Below are positions 27,045 to 36,523 of a stretch of DNA of 61,171 bases, piece by piece; within the stretch, counting starts at the first letter, position 1; each line of letters opens with the position of its first letter. Source of the DNA: a virus (taxonomy: Duplodnaviria > Caudoviricetes); the IMG/VR virus record IMGVR_UViG_3300032753_002656, positions 1-61,171 of that record; one strand, given 5' to 3'. The notes beneath the pieces were generated by a model. That model saw only the letters and a list, made by a program, of their open reading frames with translations. It was not told where the DNA came from and made no database searches. The position numbers were made by a program, and so were the translations under genes.

Positions 27045-29826
27045 CTTTAGTTGTATTAAATAATCTAACAGGAGATTGAGGTTCCTTTAGAATATCACGA
27101 GCTCTCCTAAACGTTAAGGTTATACGATAATTAATCAAAGTTGTTTCTCCTACTTTATTACCACCTTCATCCCAAACAGGAACAATAATTGATTTAGTCT
27201 TAGTGTTTTGTGTATTTTCCGATACTCGATGGTTAAAAGTAAATCTGTTTACACCATTGATACCAAATGCGTATATTCCGCCATTTTTAATTACTAAGCT
27301 ATTAATCTTTTCTGGATTTTTTTCAAAAACAGAATAAGTATTTTCATTTAAATCATATTTAGTTTCATCTGAAAAATCTGTATGGTACATTAAACTTCCT
27401 TCGGCACCTAAATTTATAACAACAACCGGATAATTTTTTGCGGTAATACTTTCTGTTATATCTCTATGCTGGTGTATAAAAGATCCAGGTTCGTAAATAT
27501 TAGCAAGAACCGAATCATAATCTTTCAAATCAATTCCTAATTTTTCTTGTATGAAATTCATGATTGGTTGAAGCTTCTTTATACTCGGTAAAGGCTTGTT
27601 ATTTTGGTCCGTTACATAATATCCATACCCATCATATTTGGCCGGTGCCTTTATAACAACTCTTCCTGGCCTTTGTTGTAATCCTAATTTTCTCTGATAA
27701 CTTTTTTCTGACTCATTTGGAATATTCTTAGCCCATCTTAGGCCGAAGGAAAACATTCTATTAGCAGTATAAGCTCGGTTCTCAACATATGCTTGATTAA
27801 GTATTTGTGGCTGTAAGAGGTCTATAAAATTATTAGCTTCCTCTAAAGAGAGACCAGTATCTGCTATATTTTCAACACCAGGATAAGGTGAATAAATTTT
27901 ATCAGAACCTTTGGGCTCTTCTTGTTTTGTTGATTGGGATAAAGCATATGTACACTTAGAAGACCTAGACATAGCTACATACATCTCCGAATTTAGGTTT
28001 TCTATTTTATCGGGGCTTTCCTTTAAACGATTTCTCCAATAATGATTTCTCCCTTCGATATTATCCAGATCAACAATAGTATTTTCATAAGTAGCTCCTT
28101 GGGATTTATAAGCAGTTATAGCATAACCATAATCTATGGATTTTTCTTTAAACAAAGATGCTTTCCTTTTTGTTATTTCAACAAATTCTAAAATTTGTTC
28201 GTAAGTTAGCCTCTTATCTGCTAATCTCATCTTAACATTTCTTTCAATCTCGCTTTCACTAATTAGTTTATTATTATAACGATAAATGTTTTCATTTGTT
28301 TGTAAAGTAGCACTAAGTAATTTCAATGCGCTTTCTATTGGAAGTATTTTTTCTCGCCAAAATTCTTTTCTTTTCTTATACTCTAGCTTCTTTTGTTCTT
28401 TTTTAAGAGCCTCTACTCTATCATAGAGGAGATTGAATAATTCACCAGTCCTATCAAATTCTTTGACGTGATCCGGATCCTTCATATCAAAGATAAACAT
28501 TATCATCTTTACTGGATCAAATATACTATCACTCTCTGTAATTTCTAAGGTATAGGGAATAAGTGATAAGTCCTTCTTCCCCAATTCAGATAGCATACGA
28601 GCAATTTGCTGTTTACCACTATTAAGTGTACCTAAAGTAAAATCATCCAAGCCAACCTTTTGTCCATTTTTAAGGGTAGTATTAACCATTTCTAATAATC
28701 CAATAGGTTCTGTCTTAATAGAATTTACAATATACTCCTGGGAATTATAAAATATTTCTACACTTTGGGAATAACCCATAAGTGTATCTCCGACGCTATA
28801 TGAATATTCACCAACATCAAGACCAAGAAGGCCTCTTACCATTTTGTTGTATTGGGAAACCTTTTCATTAGACTTTGCCACTATTTTAACAAATGCCCTA
28901 TTTTCTTGGTATTTTGGATCTGTATACAATTTAGTAATTATATCACCGATTGTATTTGAGTAAATGATCCCCTCCCCATCGGGACCTACTCTAGTTAGAT
29001 ATGACAGGGGTGAGTGTACACTGCGTATATTGTTGCGTAGCTCTGTTAATTCCTCTATTAAAGGATTATCTTTGCCCGTGCGCATTACCTCCCTTAAACC
29101 GACAGAATGCGTTACATTATGTGAACTAAAAAGGGGAGATAATTTTTGGGTTCCTGGATTTCTTAATTGTGCTGGATCCCCCATAACAATAACAGGGATC
29201 ATACGGGAGTAGTATTTTACTTTCTCTATTTCTCCTGGATCCGATATCATCGATACTTCATCAATTACCCAAAGGGAAACAACAGGAACCCCGCTTTTAA
29301 CTAATTTACTATACCCAGCAGTAGCTTCTATATCTTTAGTATATTCCATACCACCATGAGTATTAAGAACTAATTGTGTTTGGAAAGCTGCTTGTGTAGT
29401 AAATGTTCTAGCTTTGAAAAATTCTCTGGCATTAGGACCAGAGATATAGTCTACTAGTTTTTGATTAAATTTATTCCGAACCTGCATAGTTCGGATTGAT
29501 TTAAATAGTTGCTTTCTTGCTTGGTGTGAGGGGGCAGAAATGGCAAATCCCTTACCTATTTTCTTACTATCTACTAGATATTGTAGAAAAAATTTAATAA
29601 CAGAGGTTTTTCCAACTCCAGCAAATCCCTTGACAAGAAATATGTTATCCTCTCCAGTTCTATTTTTTCTGGTATCCCACCAATGATATAACTCTTCCAA
29701 TAACTTTTCCTGCTGAGAAGAAAGACCTTTTGGAAATGGTATATCAATAATACATCCATCTGGAAATTTATATTGATGTTTTTCCCGAATTATTTCTACT
29801 ATTTTATCTTTTGATGGCTCTACCAT
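27034..29826 (-). CDS. Dda/RecD-like SF1B helicase fused to an AlkB-like 2OG-Fe(II) dioxygenase
   Basis: GFAGVGKT, APSHQA, IDEVSMI, GDPAQL, EVMRT, YAITAYKSQGATY, YVAMSR; C-terminal LANIY..IHQHRD..NLG..HRV..RITLTFR. Confidence 0.85.
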   Translation of the reverse strand: MVEPSKDKIVEIIREKHQYKFPDGCIIDIPFPKGLSSQQEKLLEELYHWWDTRKNRTGEDNIFLVKGFAGVGKTSVIKFFLQYLVDSKKIGKGFAISAPSHQARKQLFKSIRTMQVRNKFNQKLVDYISGPNAREFFKARTFTTQAAFQTQLVLNTHGGMEYTKDIEATAGYSKLVKSGVPVVSLWVIDEVSMISDPGEIEKVKYYSRMIPVIVMGDPAQLRNPGTQKLSPLFSSHNVTHSVGLREVMRTGKDNPLIEELTELRNNIRSVHSPLSYLTRVGPDGEGIIYSNTIGDIITKLYTDPKYQENRAFVKIVAKSNEKVSQYNKMVRGLLGLDVGEYSYSVGDTLMGYSQSVEIFYNSQEYIVNSIKTEPIGLLEMVNTTLKNGQKVGLDDFTLGTLNSGKQQIARMLSELGKKDLSLIPYTLEITESDSIFDPVKMIMFIFDMKDPDHVKEFDRTGELFNLLYDRVEALKKEQKKLEYKKRKEFWREKILPIESALKLLSATLQTNENIYRYNNKLISESEIERNVKMRLADKRLTYEQILEFVEITKRKASLFKEKSIDYGYAITAYKSQGATYENTIVDLDNIEGRNHYWRNRLKESPDKIENLNSEMYVAMSRSSKCTYALSQSTKQEEPKGSDKIYSPYPGVENIADTGLSLEEANNFIDLLQPQILNQAYVENRAYTANRMFSFGLRWAKNIPNESEKSYQRKLGLQQRPGRVVIKAPAKYDGYGYYVTDQNNKPLPSIKKLQPIMNFIQEKLGIDLKDYDSVLANIYEPGSFIHQHRDITESITAKNYPVVVINLGAEGSLMYHTDFSDETKYDLNENTYSVFEKNPEKINSLVIKNGGIYAFGINGVNRFTFNHRVSENTQNTKTKSIIVPVWDEGGNKVGETTLINYRITLTFRRARDILKEPQSPVRLFNTTKDGK

Positions 29827-30446
29827 AAATTTAATTGATCCTCTTTAGGTGGAACTAATAATTCACCAAGTCCATACATTAATTGGCTTGTTTCGTCGCC
29901 CTGAAAAGTAAAAGGGTTTTTATCTCCATCACAGAGTTTTTCTGTCCTCTTGATTAGAAATTCTCGGAGGAGAAGATTTTCCAAAAAATTAGTATAAACC
30001 TTATGAAGGCCTAATCCAGAATAAATGAGATCTAATTCAATGTTACCTTTACCATTAGTTCTAATTAATGGTGTTCCTATTATGCCAGGAGTTAAAATCC
30101 TTCTAACGTTATACTCATAATAATAACCAACATTGTATTCTATTAGGTATGAGATTTTTTTATTAAGTATTGGTGTTACTCCGATGAAAAGATCGCTAGT
30201 TTCTTTAATACCCGGATATGAAACCACAATTTTAGAGGTAATATTTTTCATACGAGAACCACTATAAACAAAATCCTCCATAACAAATGTAGGTATTGGT
30301 ACTTGGAATAAATCCATCGTTAAAATATCTAATCCACCATGTGTTTCTTTCAAAACATCATTGGTGTGTAGAAGTATAATCCTTGTTGCTATTTCTGGTT
30401 TCATTCGGTCCAGATCATTCATTTTAAATCTGGCCATAGTTATCAT
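29820..30446 (-). CDS. Hypothetical protein ending in a clamp-binding-like motif
   Basis: 208 aa; ends EDQLNLW*. Confidence 0.6.
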   Translation of the reverse strand: MITMARFKMNDLDRMKPEIATRIILLHTNDVLKETHGGLDILTMDLFQVPIPTFVMEDFVYSGSRMKNITSKIVVSYPGIKETSDLFIGVTPILNKKISYLIEYNVGYYYEYNVRRILTPGIIGTPLIRTNGKGNIELDLIYSGLGLHKVYTNFLENLLLREFLIKRTEKLCDGDKNPFTFQGDETSQLMYGLGELLVPPKEDQLNLW

Positions 30447-31864
30447 GGTATCTTTTCAAATAAGATTACTTTTTTCCTTTCTCTTAATGCTTTATCTATA
30501 ATCTCTGCTTTATTCGGGAACACTGGAACGTATAATCTTGAAACTGTCCAGATCAAATGATAGCAATCGCTTAATATTCTTTTTACTCTCTCCGGATCTG
30601 TTTCTGACCAAGGCTTATGATCGTTAATGTATTTATTTCCATAAGAAACTAATTCTGCTGTTCTTGCCAATGCTTCTTTTATTTGAAACTTATTCCAAAG
30701 ATCCGTTATATTTTTTTCCCCATCTACTAAAATTTTAAAAAAGTCTGGTGTTACAGAAGTAAAATATTCCCCTTCGCATTTTGTATCCATTAAATGTAAT
30801 ACCCTGGATATAAAATTACCCCATGAATTACAAATATCAGCATTAAATTTCAATCTTAGATCTTCCTCATTCCAGCTAGAGTCAGAGTAAGTGGATAATC
30901 CAGCCAAAGCGTAATATCTAACTGCATCCAGGCCAAATTTATTTAGTTGATCTATCGGGTCTATTACATTACCCTCTGTTTTGGACATTTTTTTACCATT
31001 ACTATCCACTATAGTTCCATGAACTAATAATTTATTTGTTTTCCTAAAATGTAATGCATCCAACATTCCCTGGAATATAATAGCCTGAAATCTGAGATTG
31101 TCTGGACCGCATATTTGGATGATATTAGTATCTTCGTGATTCCACAATTCGTTTGCTGCAATAACATAATTAAGTAATGCATCAAACCAAACGTATATGA
31201 CATGTTCAGGATCATCAGGTACTTCAACACCCCATGGGCATTTTGCTTTTAGTCGGGATATTGAAATATCTCCGGTCTCTTCGATCATATTGATCAATTC
31301 CCCCCTTTTATATTGAGGCTCTAGAAAAGATGGACTATTTTTAAGCCAAGTTAGAAGTTTTTCTTTGTGATCTCCAAGCCTAAAGAAATAATTTTCTTCT
31401 TCAACCTCATCTAAAGTAAGTGTATGATGATCCGGACATTTACCATCAACAAGTTCTTTATCCTGCTTAAATGATTCACACCCCACACAATATAGAGATT
31501 TGTAAGGCTTTTTATAAATTTCATTACGCCCCATAAAAACATGCCAAAATCCCTGGACAAATTCATGATGTTTTGGATCTGATGTTAAGTAGAAATTGTC
31601 ATACTTAATATCAAACTTACCACAAAAATCTTTCCATATAGGTTCTAGGGTCTTAATATACTCATGTGGTGTAATACCAAGCTCGTCTGCTTTTTGTTTT
31701 ATTTTTGTACCATGGCAATCTAATCCAGTATTAAAAAAAACTTCATTATTTTCCAGCCTAAAGTATCTGGTGATAGCGTCACCTAATACAAATTCGAACA
31801 TATGACCTATATGAGGTATAGAATTTGCATATGGTAAAGTAGTTGTTAAGAATATTTTTCCCAT
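30443..31864 (-). CDS. metG: Methionyl-tRNA synthetase (short form)
   Basis: TTLPYANSIPHIGH, YCVGCE..CPDH, ISR..WGVEVP..HVIYVWFDALLNY, KMSKT. Confidence 0.96.
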   Translation of the reverse strand: MGKIFLTTTLPYANSIPHIGHMFEFVLGDAITRYFRLENNEVFFNTGLDCHGTKIKQKADELGITPHEYIKTLEPIWKDFCGKFDIKYDNFYLTSDPKHHEFVQGFWHVFMGRNEIYKKPYKSLYCVGCESFKQDKELVDGKCPDHHTLTLDEVEEENYFFRLGDHKEKLLTWLKNSPSFLEPQYKRGELINMIEETGDISISRLKAKCPWGVEVPDDPEHVIYVWFDALLNYVIAANELWNHEDTNIIQICGPDNLRFQAIIFQGMLDALHFRKTNKLLVHGTIVDSNGKKMSKTEGNVIDPIDQLNKFGLDAVRYYALAGLSTYSDSSWNEEDLRLKFNADICNSWGNFISRVLHLMDTKCEGEYFTSVTPDFFKILVDGEKNITDLWNKFQIKEALARTAELVSYGNKYINDHKPWSETDPERVKRILSDCYHLIWTVSRLYVPVFPNKAEIIDKALRERKKVILFEKIP

Positions 31865-32131
31865 TTATATTTTATTAAGTATTTCGTTAAGTTTAATTTT
31901 TTCGGCAGGAGTAGGCTTTCTTATTGTCCAATCAATAAAAACAAGGTAAATCTCATTATCATTAGCAGTAAATATACCTTCCTCCATGCCATTTGCAATA
32001 CCTTTAATAGCCCGGATTTTTTTATAAGTTCCTTCTATTAATAATGTTTTTCCTTTTAGCCTATGATCATTAGATTCATATATAGCCAAACTTAAATTGT
32101 TATCCCCGTATGTAGATGCAATATGACTCAT
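31865..32131 (-). CDS. Hypothetical protein
   Basis: 88 aa, coupled. Confidence 0.55.
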   Translation of the reverse strand: MSHIASTYGDNNLSLAIYESNDHRLKGKTLLIEGTYKKIRAIKGIANGMEEGIFTANDNEIYLVFIDWTIRKPTPAEKIKLNEILNKI

Positions 32132-32448
32132 GATCGAATAAATAGTTTATGTTCTTTTGATGAGATAACCTTATCTTCAATGAAATCTAAATCGTCATCT
32201 TCTCCAACTTGAATATTACATTCATACAATTCGGCTCTCCAAGTAACTAAGAATTGGTCAGATTGACCAATTCTTTTATAGTTAAAGCTATCAATACTGG
32301 ATCTTCTCCCGGTTTGGCTAAATCCATTATGATCTGTTATTCGGGTCTTACATAATAATCTTCCAACTGGAATCTCTCCTGAGATTATTTGTTTAAGCTT
32401 TACGTTCCTTGTTGGCATATTAATGTCTATTATAATAAATTCTAACAA
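32128..32448 (-). CDS. Hypothetical protein, paralogue of 32420-32728
   Basis: LKQII..IDSFNYKRI..QFLVTWR..EDDDLDFI. Confidence 0.6.
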   Translation of the reverse strand: MLEFIIIDINMPTRNVKLKQIISGEIPVGRLLCKTRITDHNGFSQTGRRSSIDSFNYKRIGQSDQFLVTWRAELYECNIQVGEDDDLDFIEDKVISSKEHKLFIRS

Positions 32449-32728
32449 TCTTATATTCTACATCAGGATTTCCAACTTGCGGTATAAAATCAAGTTCCTC
32501 CTCCAGTTCTACCTCCATCTTAGCAGTTAAATACCCACCTATTCGAAGAGTCAAAAGATACTTATTTGTATTGTCTATTTTTTTCCAATTGAATAAATCC
32601 GCGCTATCAAATTGCTCAGTTTTACTAGTACCATCATCAGGATTAGTGGTCCTAATTTTACCATATATCCCGCCTTTGTCAAAAGTAGGATTAATTATTT
32701 CTCTTAGAGTAAGTACTTCTATTGCCAT
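32420..32728 (-). CDS. Hypothetical protein, paralogue of 32128-32448
   Basis: LREII..ADLFNWKKI..KYLLTLR..LEEELDFI. Confidence 0.6.
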   Translation of the reverse strand: MAIEVLTLREIINPTFDKGGIYGKIRTTNPDDGTSKTEQFDSADLFNWKKIDNTNKYLLTLRIGGYLTAKMEVELEEELDFIPQVGNPDVEYKIVRIYYNRH

Positions 32729-32729
32729 G

Positions 32730-33371
32730 TTATTTTTTAGTAAAAATGTAAATGATATTCTTTTCCTTTTCCATACTTCGAGAAAGAATAGTTTTATGCT
32801 TAAATTTTTTCACTGGAAACATGCCTAAAATTTCTTTACTTGCGTGTGTTTTTTCATTACCTACAAAAATGTATTTTTCTACACTATCATCAAAGATAAG
32901 GGTCTCATCAACACCTAAAGCGTTGCCTTCTGTCATTCCCTCTTTCCACTTTTGTGTAACCCAGCATGCTATAACAACTTTAGGCTTATATTTTTTAATA
33001 GCTTCAAGACCATCAATAAGTTCTACATCATCACCATATGTGATAACAGGTTGTCGCATTAAGCTATAATAGGCTTTAATTTCTGGTAATTCCTGCATTT
33101 TGTTATCAGTTCTGGGAATTCCCAAAAATCGTCCAATACATCCATTACCTGAACCTATTTCAATAGCAGACTCTCCTGCTATTTGGTCCTTTAAGAATTT
33201 AATTAATTCCTGTGTTGGTAATTGATAGATTGCATGCTTATGACAAAATAGGGTAAGTTGATCTTGAGAAAATCTATTTAATACCTCAAATGGCAGATTA
33301 TTAATCTTGCCGTCTGTTAGAAGAAGACTTTCTAATTCGCTAATATCCGTTTTTAAGATTGTTGAGTACAT
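32730..33371 (-). CDS. SAM-dependent methyltransferase-like protein
   Basis: AIEIGSGNG motif I; start moved to ATG 33371 downstream of the promoter. Confidence 0.6.
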   Translation of the reverse strand: MYSTILKTDISELESLLLTDGKINNLPFEVLNRFSQDQLTLFCHKHAIYQLPTQELIKFLKDQIAGESAIEIGSGNGCIGRFLGIPRTDNKMQELPEIKAYYSLMRQPVITYGDDVELIDGLEAIKKYKPKVVIACWVTQKWKEGMTEGNALGVDETLIFDDSVEKYIFVGNEKTHASKEILGMFPVKKFKHKTILSRSMEKEKNIIYIFTKK

Positions 33372-33392
33372 TAAGCATGTTATTTCAATATA

Positions 33393-33450
33393 CAAAAGTA
33401 ATGAAAAGTTTCCGAATAAAAAAATTCTATCTGTTAAAGAAAATATAAGA
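33393..33450 (-). promoter_or_regulatory. Bacteroidota-type promoter with TTAACA box
   Basis: Sense TCTTATATTTTCTTTAACAG..TTTTTTTATTCGGAAACTTTTCATTACTTTTGTA. Confidence 0.75.
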
Positions 33451-33474
33451 TAAAATTAACAATATATAGATGGT

Positions 33475-33783
33475 ATGAAAAATCTAGAAATTTATGAGTC
33501 TTTTGGTAAAAGATCCGTTGTACTGGAATCTAGGAGGAAATTAACCATTACCTTTGATGTCCAAGGGGGAAAAATTAAGAATATAGTAAATAATAGTGGC
33601 GTTAGATTTCCTTATATGGAAAATGAGCATTATAATAGAAATGTTGAAATCTGGTGTTGTAATAATAATTTTACAATGGATGGAAAAGATATGTGTCCAG
33701 AAAAAAAAGTATTTGGTATTAAACAAAGCCAAATACCAAAGGGTCACGAATTAAGAACTATATTCAAAAATAAGTTTAGATAA
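33475..33783 (+). CDS. Candidate head-internal protein
   Basis: MKNLEIYESF..VLE start; AATATATA at 33461-33468. Confidence 0.65.
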   Translation: MKNLEIYESFGKRSVVLESRRKLTITFDVQGGKIKNIVNNSGVRFPYMENEHYNRNVEIWCCNNNFTMDGKDMCPEKKVFGIKQSQIPKGHELRTIFKNKFR

Positions 33784-34331
33784 TGATAAATCTTGAGATA
33801 TTTGAAAATTATACTGAAATGGATCGCGGTAAATTTAATAAAGCCTTTGATCTAGGAGATGGCTGGATTTTAAAATCTCCATTAGATAGGAATGAAACAG
33901 CGTATCTAAATAAAACGACTAAAGGTATCTTAGCAGATTTTAAAAGACATATTAAATTTATGTCCAAATTTCCGGAATTCTTTGCCGAGGTTAAGTTATT
34001 AAATAAATATAGGGCTGTACAAGAAAAATTAGATTTGGAGCAATCTAAAAAGGAAATAATATATCTCCATAAAGTTTTGGGTAAAGGCCCTTTTGGATAT
34101 TTAGAAGATGATGTTGATAATGTAGGTCTTATCCAATATCTTTACTATAGTACGGATGAATTGGAATGGCTTGAAGAATACCTTAATACTAATCCCTCTG
34201 ATTCTATTACTCTTAAATGGTATAAATTTATCATGGGTATAAAATCTAAATTTGGTAATATGCCGTTAGACCTACATTGGGACAATATGGGAATTGATAA
34301 GAATGGTAATATCAAATTGTTGGATTTTTAG
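33783..34331 (+). CDS. Protein-kinase-like protein with capsid-targeting-like N-terminus
   Basis: MINLEIFENY; RGKFNKAF..WILK (beta3 Lys); DLHWDNMG..IKLLDF catalytic loop and DFG-like motif. Confidence 0.7.
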   Translation: MINLEIFENYTEMDRGKFNKAFDLGDGWILKSPLDRNETAYLNKTTKGILADFKRHIKFMSKFPEFFAEVKLLNKYRAVQEKLDLEQSKKEIIYLHKVLGKGPFGYLEDDVDNVGLIQYLYYSTDELEWLEEYLNTNPSDSITLKWYKFIMGIKSKFGNMPLDLHWDNMGIDKNGNIKLLDF

Positions 34332-34359
34332 ATACCATCATGCTATCTAAAAATATTCT

Positions 34360-34920
34360 TTATCTTGCTTTGAAGTATTCAACCTTCTTTACCTGATCAA
34401 GACTTACTTCCCACATAGTTGCTTGTACATAAGGAAGCTTACTTCCAGGTTCTTCTATAATTTTGTCCCATTTCATTACGACATTATTTCCTTGTACCTC
34501 CCACGGAAACTCAACTTCTTCTATTGGAATAAAATCATTTTCTAAAATAGTAGATTCTTTTTCTATAGATCCCTGATCCCCTGTATTTAAAATAATGTGC
34601 CAATTTTCAAAATCGGTAAGTAGTACTTGGGATGAATCAATTTCTATTGTTAGTCTTACTCCCTTTTTACCCTTCTCGAGATGCCCACTTTTCCTCAGAT
34701 CCGGTTTTTTAGAAAAGTCACCATAATTATACCAAGCCCATACTGGATGTATTATCCCCTCCGGGGGAGGACCTATCCTTTTTATCATTTCTTTTTCCAT
34801 CCAAGAATATGGTTGTAAGAAAAAGGAATCAATGTACTTAGGATCTGCAAGAAAAACACCAGACCTAATTGCCTGATGCCACGATTCCTCTGCCTGTATA
34901 GACCAAAGAGTTAATTTCAT
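34360..34920 (-). CDS. DUF3841-like protein
   Basis: LWSIQ..YSWM..M..RIG..PVWAW..KPDLR..VLLTDFENWHIILN..QATMW. Confidence 0.75.
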   Translation of the reverse strand: MKLTLWSIQAEESWHQAIRSGVFLADPKYIDSFFLQPYSWMEKEMIKRIGPPPEGIIHPVWAWYNYGDFSKKPDLRKSGHLEKGKKGVRLTIEIDSSQVLLTDFENWHIILNTGDQGSIEKESTILENDFIPIEEVEFPWEVQGNNVVMKWDKIIEEPGSKLPYVQATMWEVSLDQVKKVEYFKAR

Positions 34921-34935
34921 TTACCTAATATTTTA

Positions 34936-35247
34936 TTAATCCGAAACATGGACCTTTACTGGCTTTGATTTTATTACAACTACACTAACATCCTGTGTAA
35001 AAGACCCTGTTACAAGATCCCCTATATTATATAGTTTTGAAAATGTTAAAAACCCAGATTTTGATGGATCTCCATATGCCTGACAGTCATATCCATATAT
35101 CATTCCTTTTTCTAATGTATCAATAAAAGGTTTAGACAATATCTTAATACTGTCTAAATTCTTTTCTCTAATACTACTGGTCTCAACTTTTGGATTCTGA
35201 CAGCCAATCAATAAAATTAAAGGTGATAAAAATAGTAACGTCCTCAT
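34936..35247 (-). CDS. Probable lipoprotein
   Basis: MRTLLFLSPLILLIG-C lipobox. Confidence 0.65.
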   Translation of the reverse strand: MRTLLFLSPLILLIGCQNPKVETSSIREKNLDSIKILSKPFIDTLEKGMIYGYDCQAYGDPSKSGFLTFSKLYNIGDLVTGSFTQDVSVVVIKSKPVKVHVSD

Positions 35248-35251
35248 CTGA

Positions 35252-35608
35252 TTAATTTTTAACTGGTATTGGATTTGTTAGTATTTTAGCTATCTCAATT
35301 GATTTATTTTCACCAATCGGTAATCGGACAAGATCATTTTTATGATATAGAATAGTTGTTGTATATTGTAAGCTATCATTAGAATTTAATGCAGAAACAA
35401 CATAATAAAACATTTGTCCTTCCGGATAATTAGGTTCCTCAGGCTCTATTTTAACTGTGTCAAAAACCTTTATGTGTTCAACGATAGGTTCTGGCTTATT
35501 TGCTAATTTTTTTTCCAGGTTCTGTATATTACATTGTTGGACAGCCATTATAAATATAACCATTATGGTTGTAGCAATTCGACCAGCATTGGTAAATCTA
35601 AGGTCCAT
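35252..35608 (-). CDS. Membrane-anchored protein, distant paralogue of 34936-35247
   Basis: N-terminal TM; shared DT..G..Y...LYxxxDLV...I.xxP pattern. Confidence 0.6.
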   Translation of the reverse strand: MDLRFTNAGRIATTIMVIFIMAVQQCNIQNLEKKLANKPEPIVEHIKVFDTVKIEPEEPNYPEGQMFYYVVSALNSNDSLQYTTTILYHKNDLVRLPIGENKSIEIAKILTNPIPVKN

Positions 35609-35611
35609 ATA

Positions 35612-35836
35612 TTATTTTTTATTTTTAGTTTCCAATGAAAAAAGACCAATAGCTATTATAAATCCCAATAAATAAAAACTTAAAACCCTTATAGGGTGTC
35701 CAAAAGTAATAGAATTAAGATCTAATTGATCAAATCCAATTATACCAGTACCTATTAAAAATCCCACAAGAAGTATTGTTACTATGTAGTATACTGATGA
35801 GCTTAGATTTTTCATAATTATTGGAATTGATCGCAT
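35612..35836 (-). CDS. Small membrane protein (2 TM)
   Basis: Two hydrophobic helices. Confidence 0.6.
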   Translation of the reverse strand: MRSIPIIMKNLSSSVYYIVTILLVGFLIGTGIIGFDQLDLNSITFGHPIRVLSFYLLGFIIAIGLFSLETKNKK

Positions 35837-35851
35837 TATTAATTATTTTAA

Positions 35852-35910
35852 CAAAAATAACAAATTGTTTTTGTATAAAAAAATTTAGGGCGTTAAAGAT
35901 ATTATAAGAT
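35852..35910 (-). promoter_or_regulatory. Bacteroidota-type promoter with TTAAC box
   Basis: TATTTTTG 35852-35859; sense ATCTTATAATATCTTTAACG upstream. Confidence 0.65.
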
Positions 35911-35940
35911 TATTTACCTATATTTTAAAATATCCTCTAA

Positions 35941-36252
35941 TTATGGCTTAGGCTTTAATAGATATCCTCCCTCCTCCTCATTATTGAAATATGGATCGTT
36001 AAATTCAAATGGATATCCATCCACATCAATAAAATCGGGAAATGCTGTTACTGTTCCTTCGAATAATCTATTCGATAATGAATAATTACTATCCGATCCG
36101 TGCGTTGATAAAACAATTGCTTTATCCCCCGTTTTTAATTGCTTTGCTTCCTCTAGTGTATATCTAATACCATTATTAAAAGCATCTTCGTAATTTTTAT
36201 ATCCGAATTTCATTTGATTAATGTTTGTTGTTTTATAATACTTGTATAACAA
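35941..36252 (-). CDS. Hypothetical protein (start probably the internal MKFGY)
   Basis: ORF in operon. Confidence 0.55.
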   Translation of the reverse strand: MLYKYYKTTNINQMKFGYKNYEDAFNNGIRYTLEEAKQLKTGDKAIVLSTHGSDSNYSLSNRLFEGTVTAFPDFIDVDGYPFEFNDPYFNNEEEGGYLLKPKP

Positions 36253-36523
36253 TACCGTAGACCTGTTTGGTCCAACCGTTTATATGACCATGATTGTTTC
36301 CAATCTGAAGACCCTGTATATCATTCTTTGCCTTAACTAAGTGGGTGAACATACGTCCATGTACTTTACAATATACTATATCGTCTACATTACAGTCTTC
36401 CCACTTCTTAACTGGTGCTAATAAGTGTTTTTGTCCTGACTTAATCTTGGGAGTCATGGAATTCCCTTTCTCTGATGTTTCAAAGGTCTCACCCTTTTGT
36501 AACTTTTCTATTTTCCACCTCAT
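36233..36523 (-). CDS. S24/S26 peptidase-like protein
   Basis: KGNSMTPKIKSGQ..DIVYCKV..FTHLV..IGNN. Confidence 0.65.
   Translation of the reverse strand: MRWKIEKLQKGETFETSEKGNSMTPKIKSGQKHLLAPVKKWEDCNVDDIVYCKVHGRMFTHLVKAKNDIQGLQIGNNHGHINGWTKQVYGIVIQVL

Noticed and set aside
28140-28720. Intein in the helicase insertion between motifs IV and V
   Set aside because: No Cys/Ser start, His-Asn end or LAGLIDADG blocks; it looks like a 2B-domain insertion.
30443-30470. MetRS ending ILFEKIP as a FERIK tag
   Set aside because: It matches the ordinary LFPRI-type end of the MetRS anticodon domain and does not finish in Lys.
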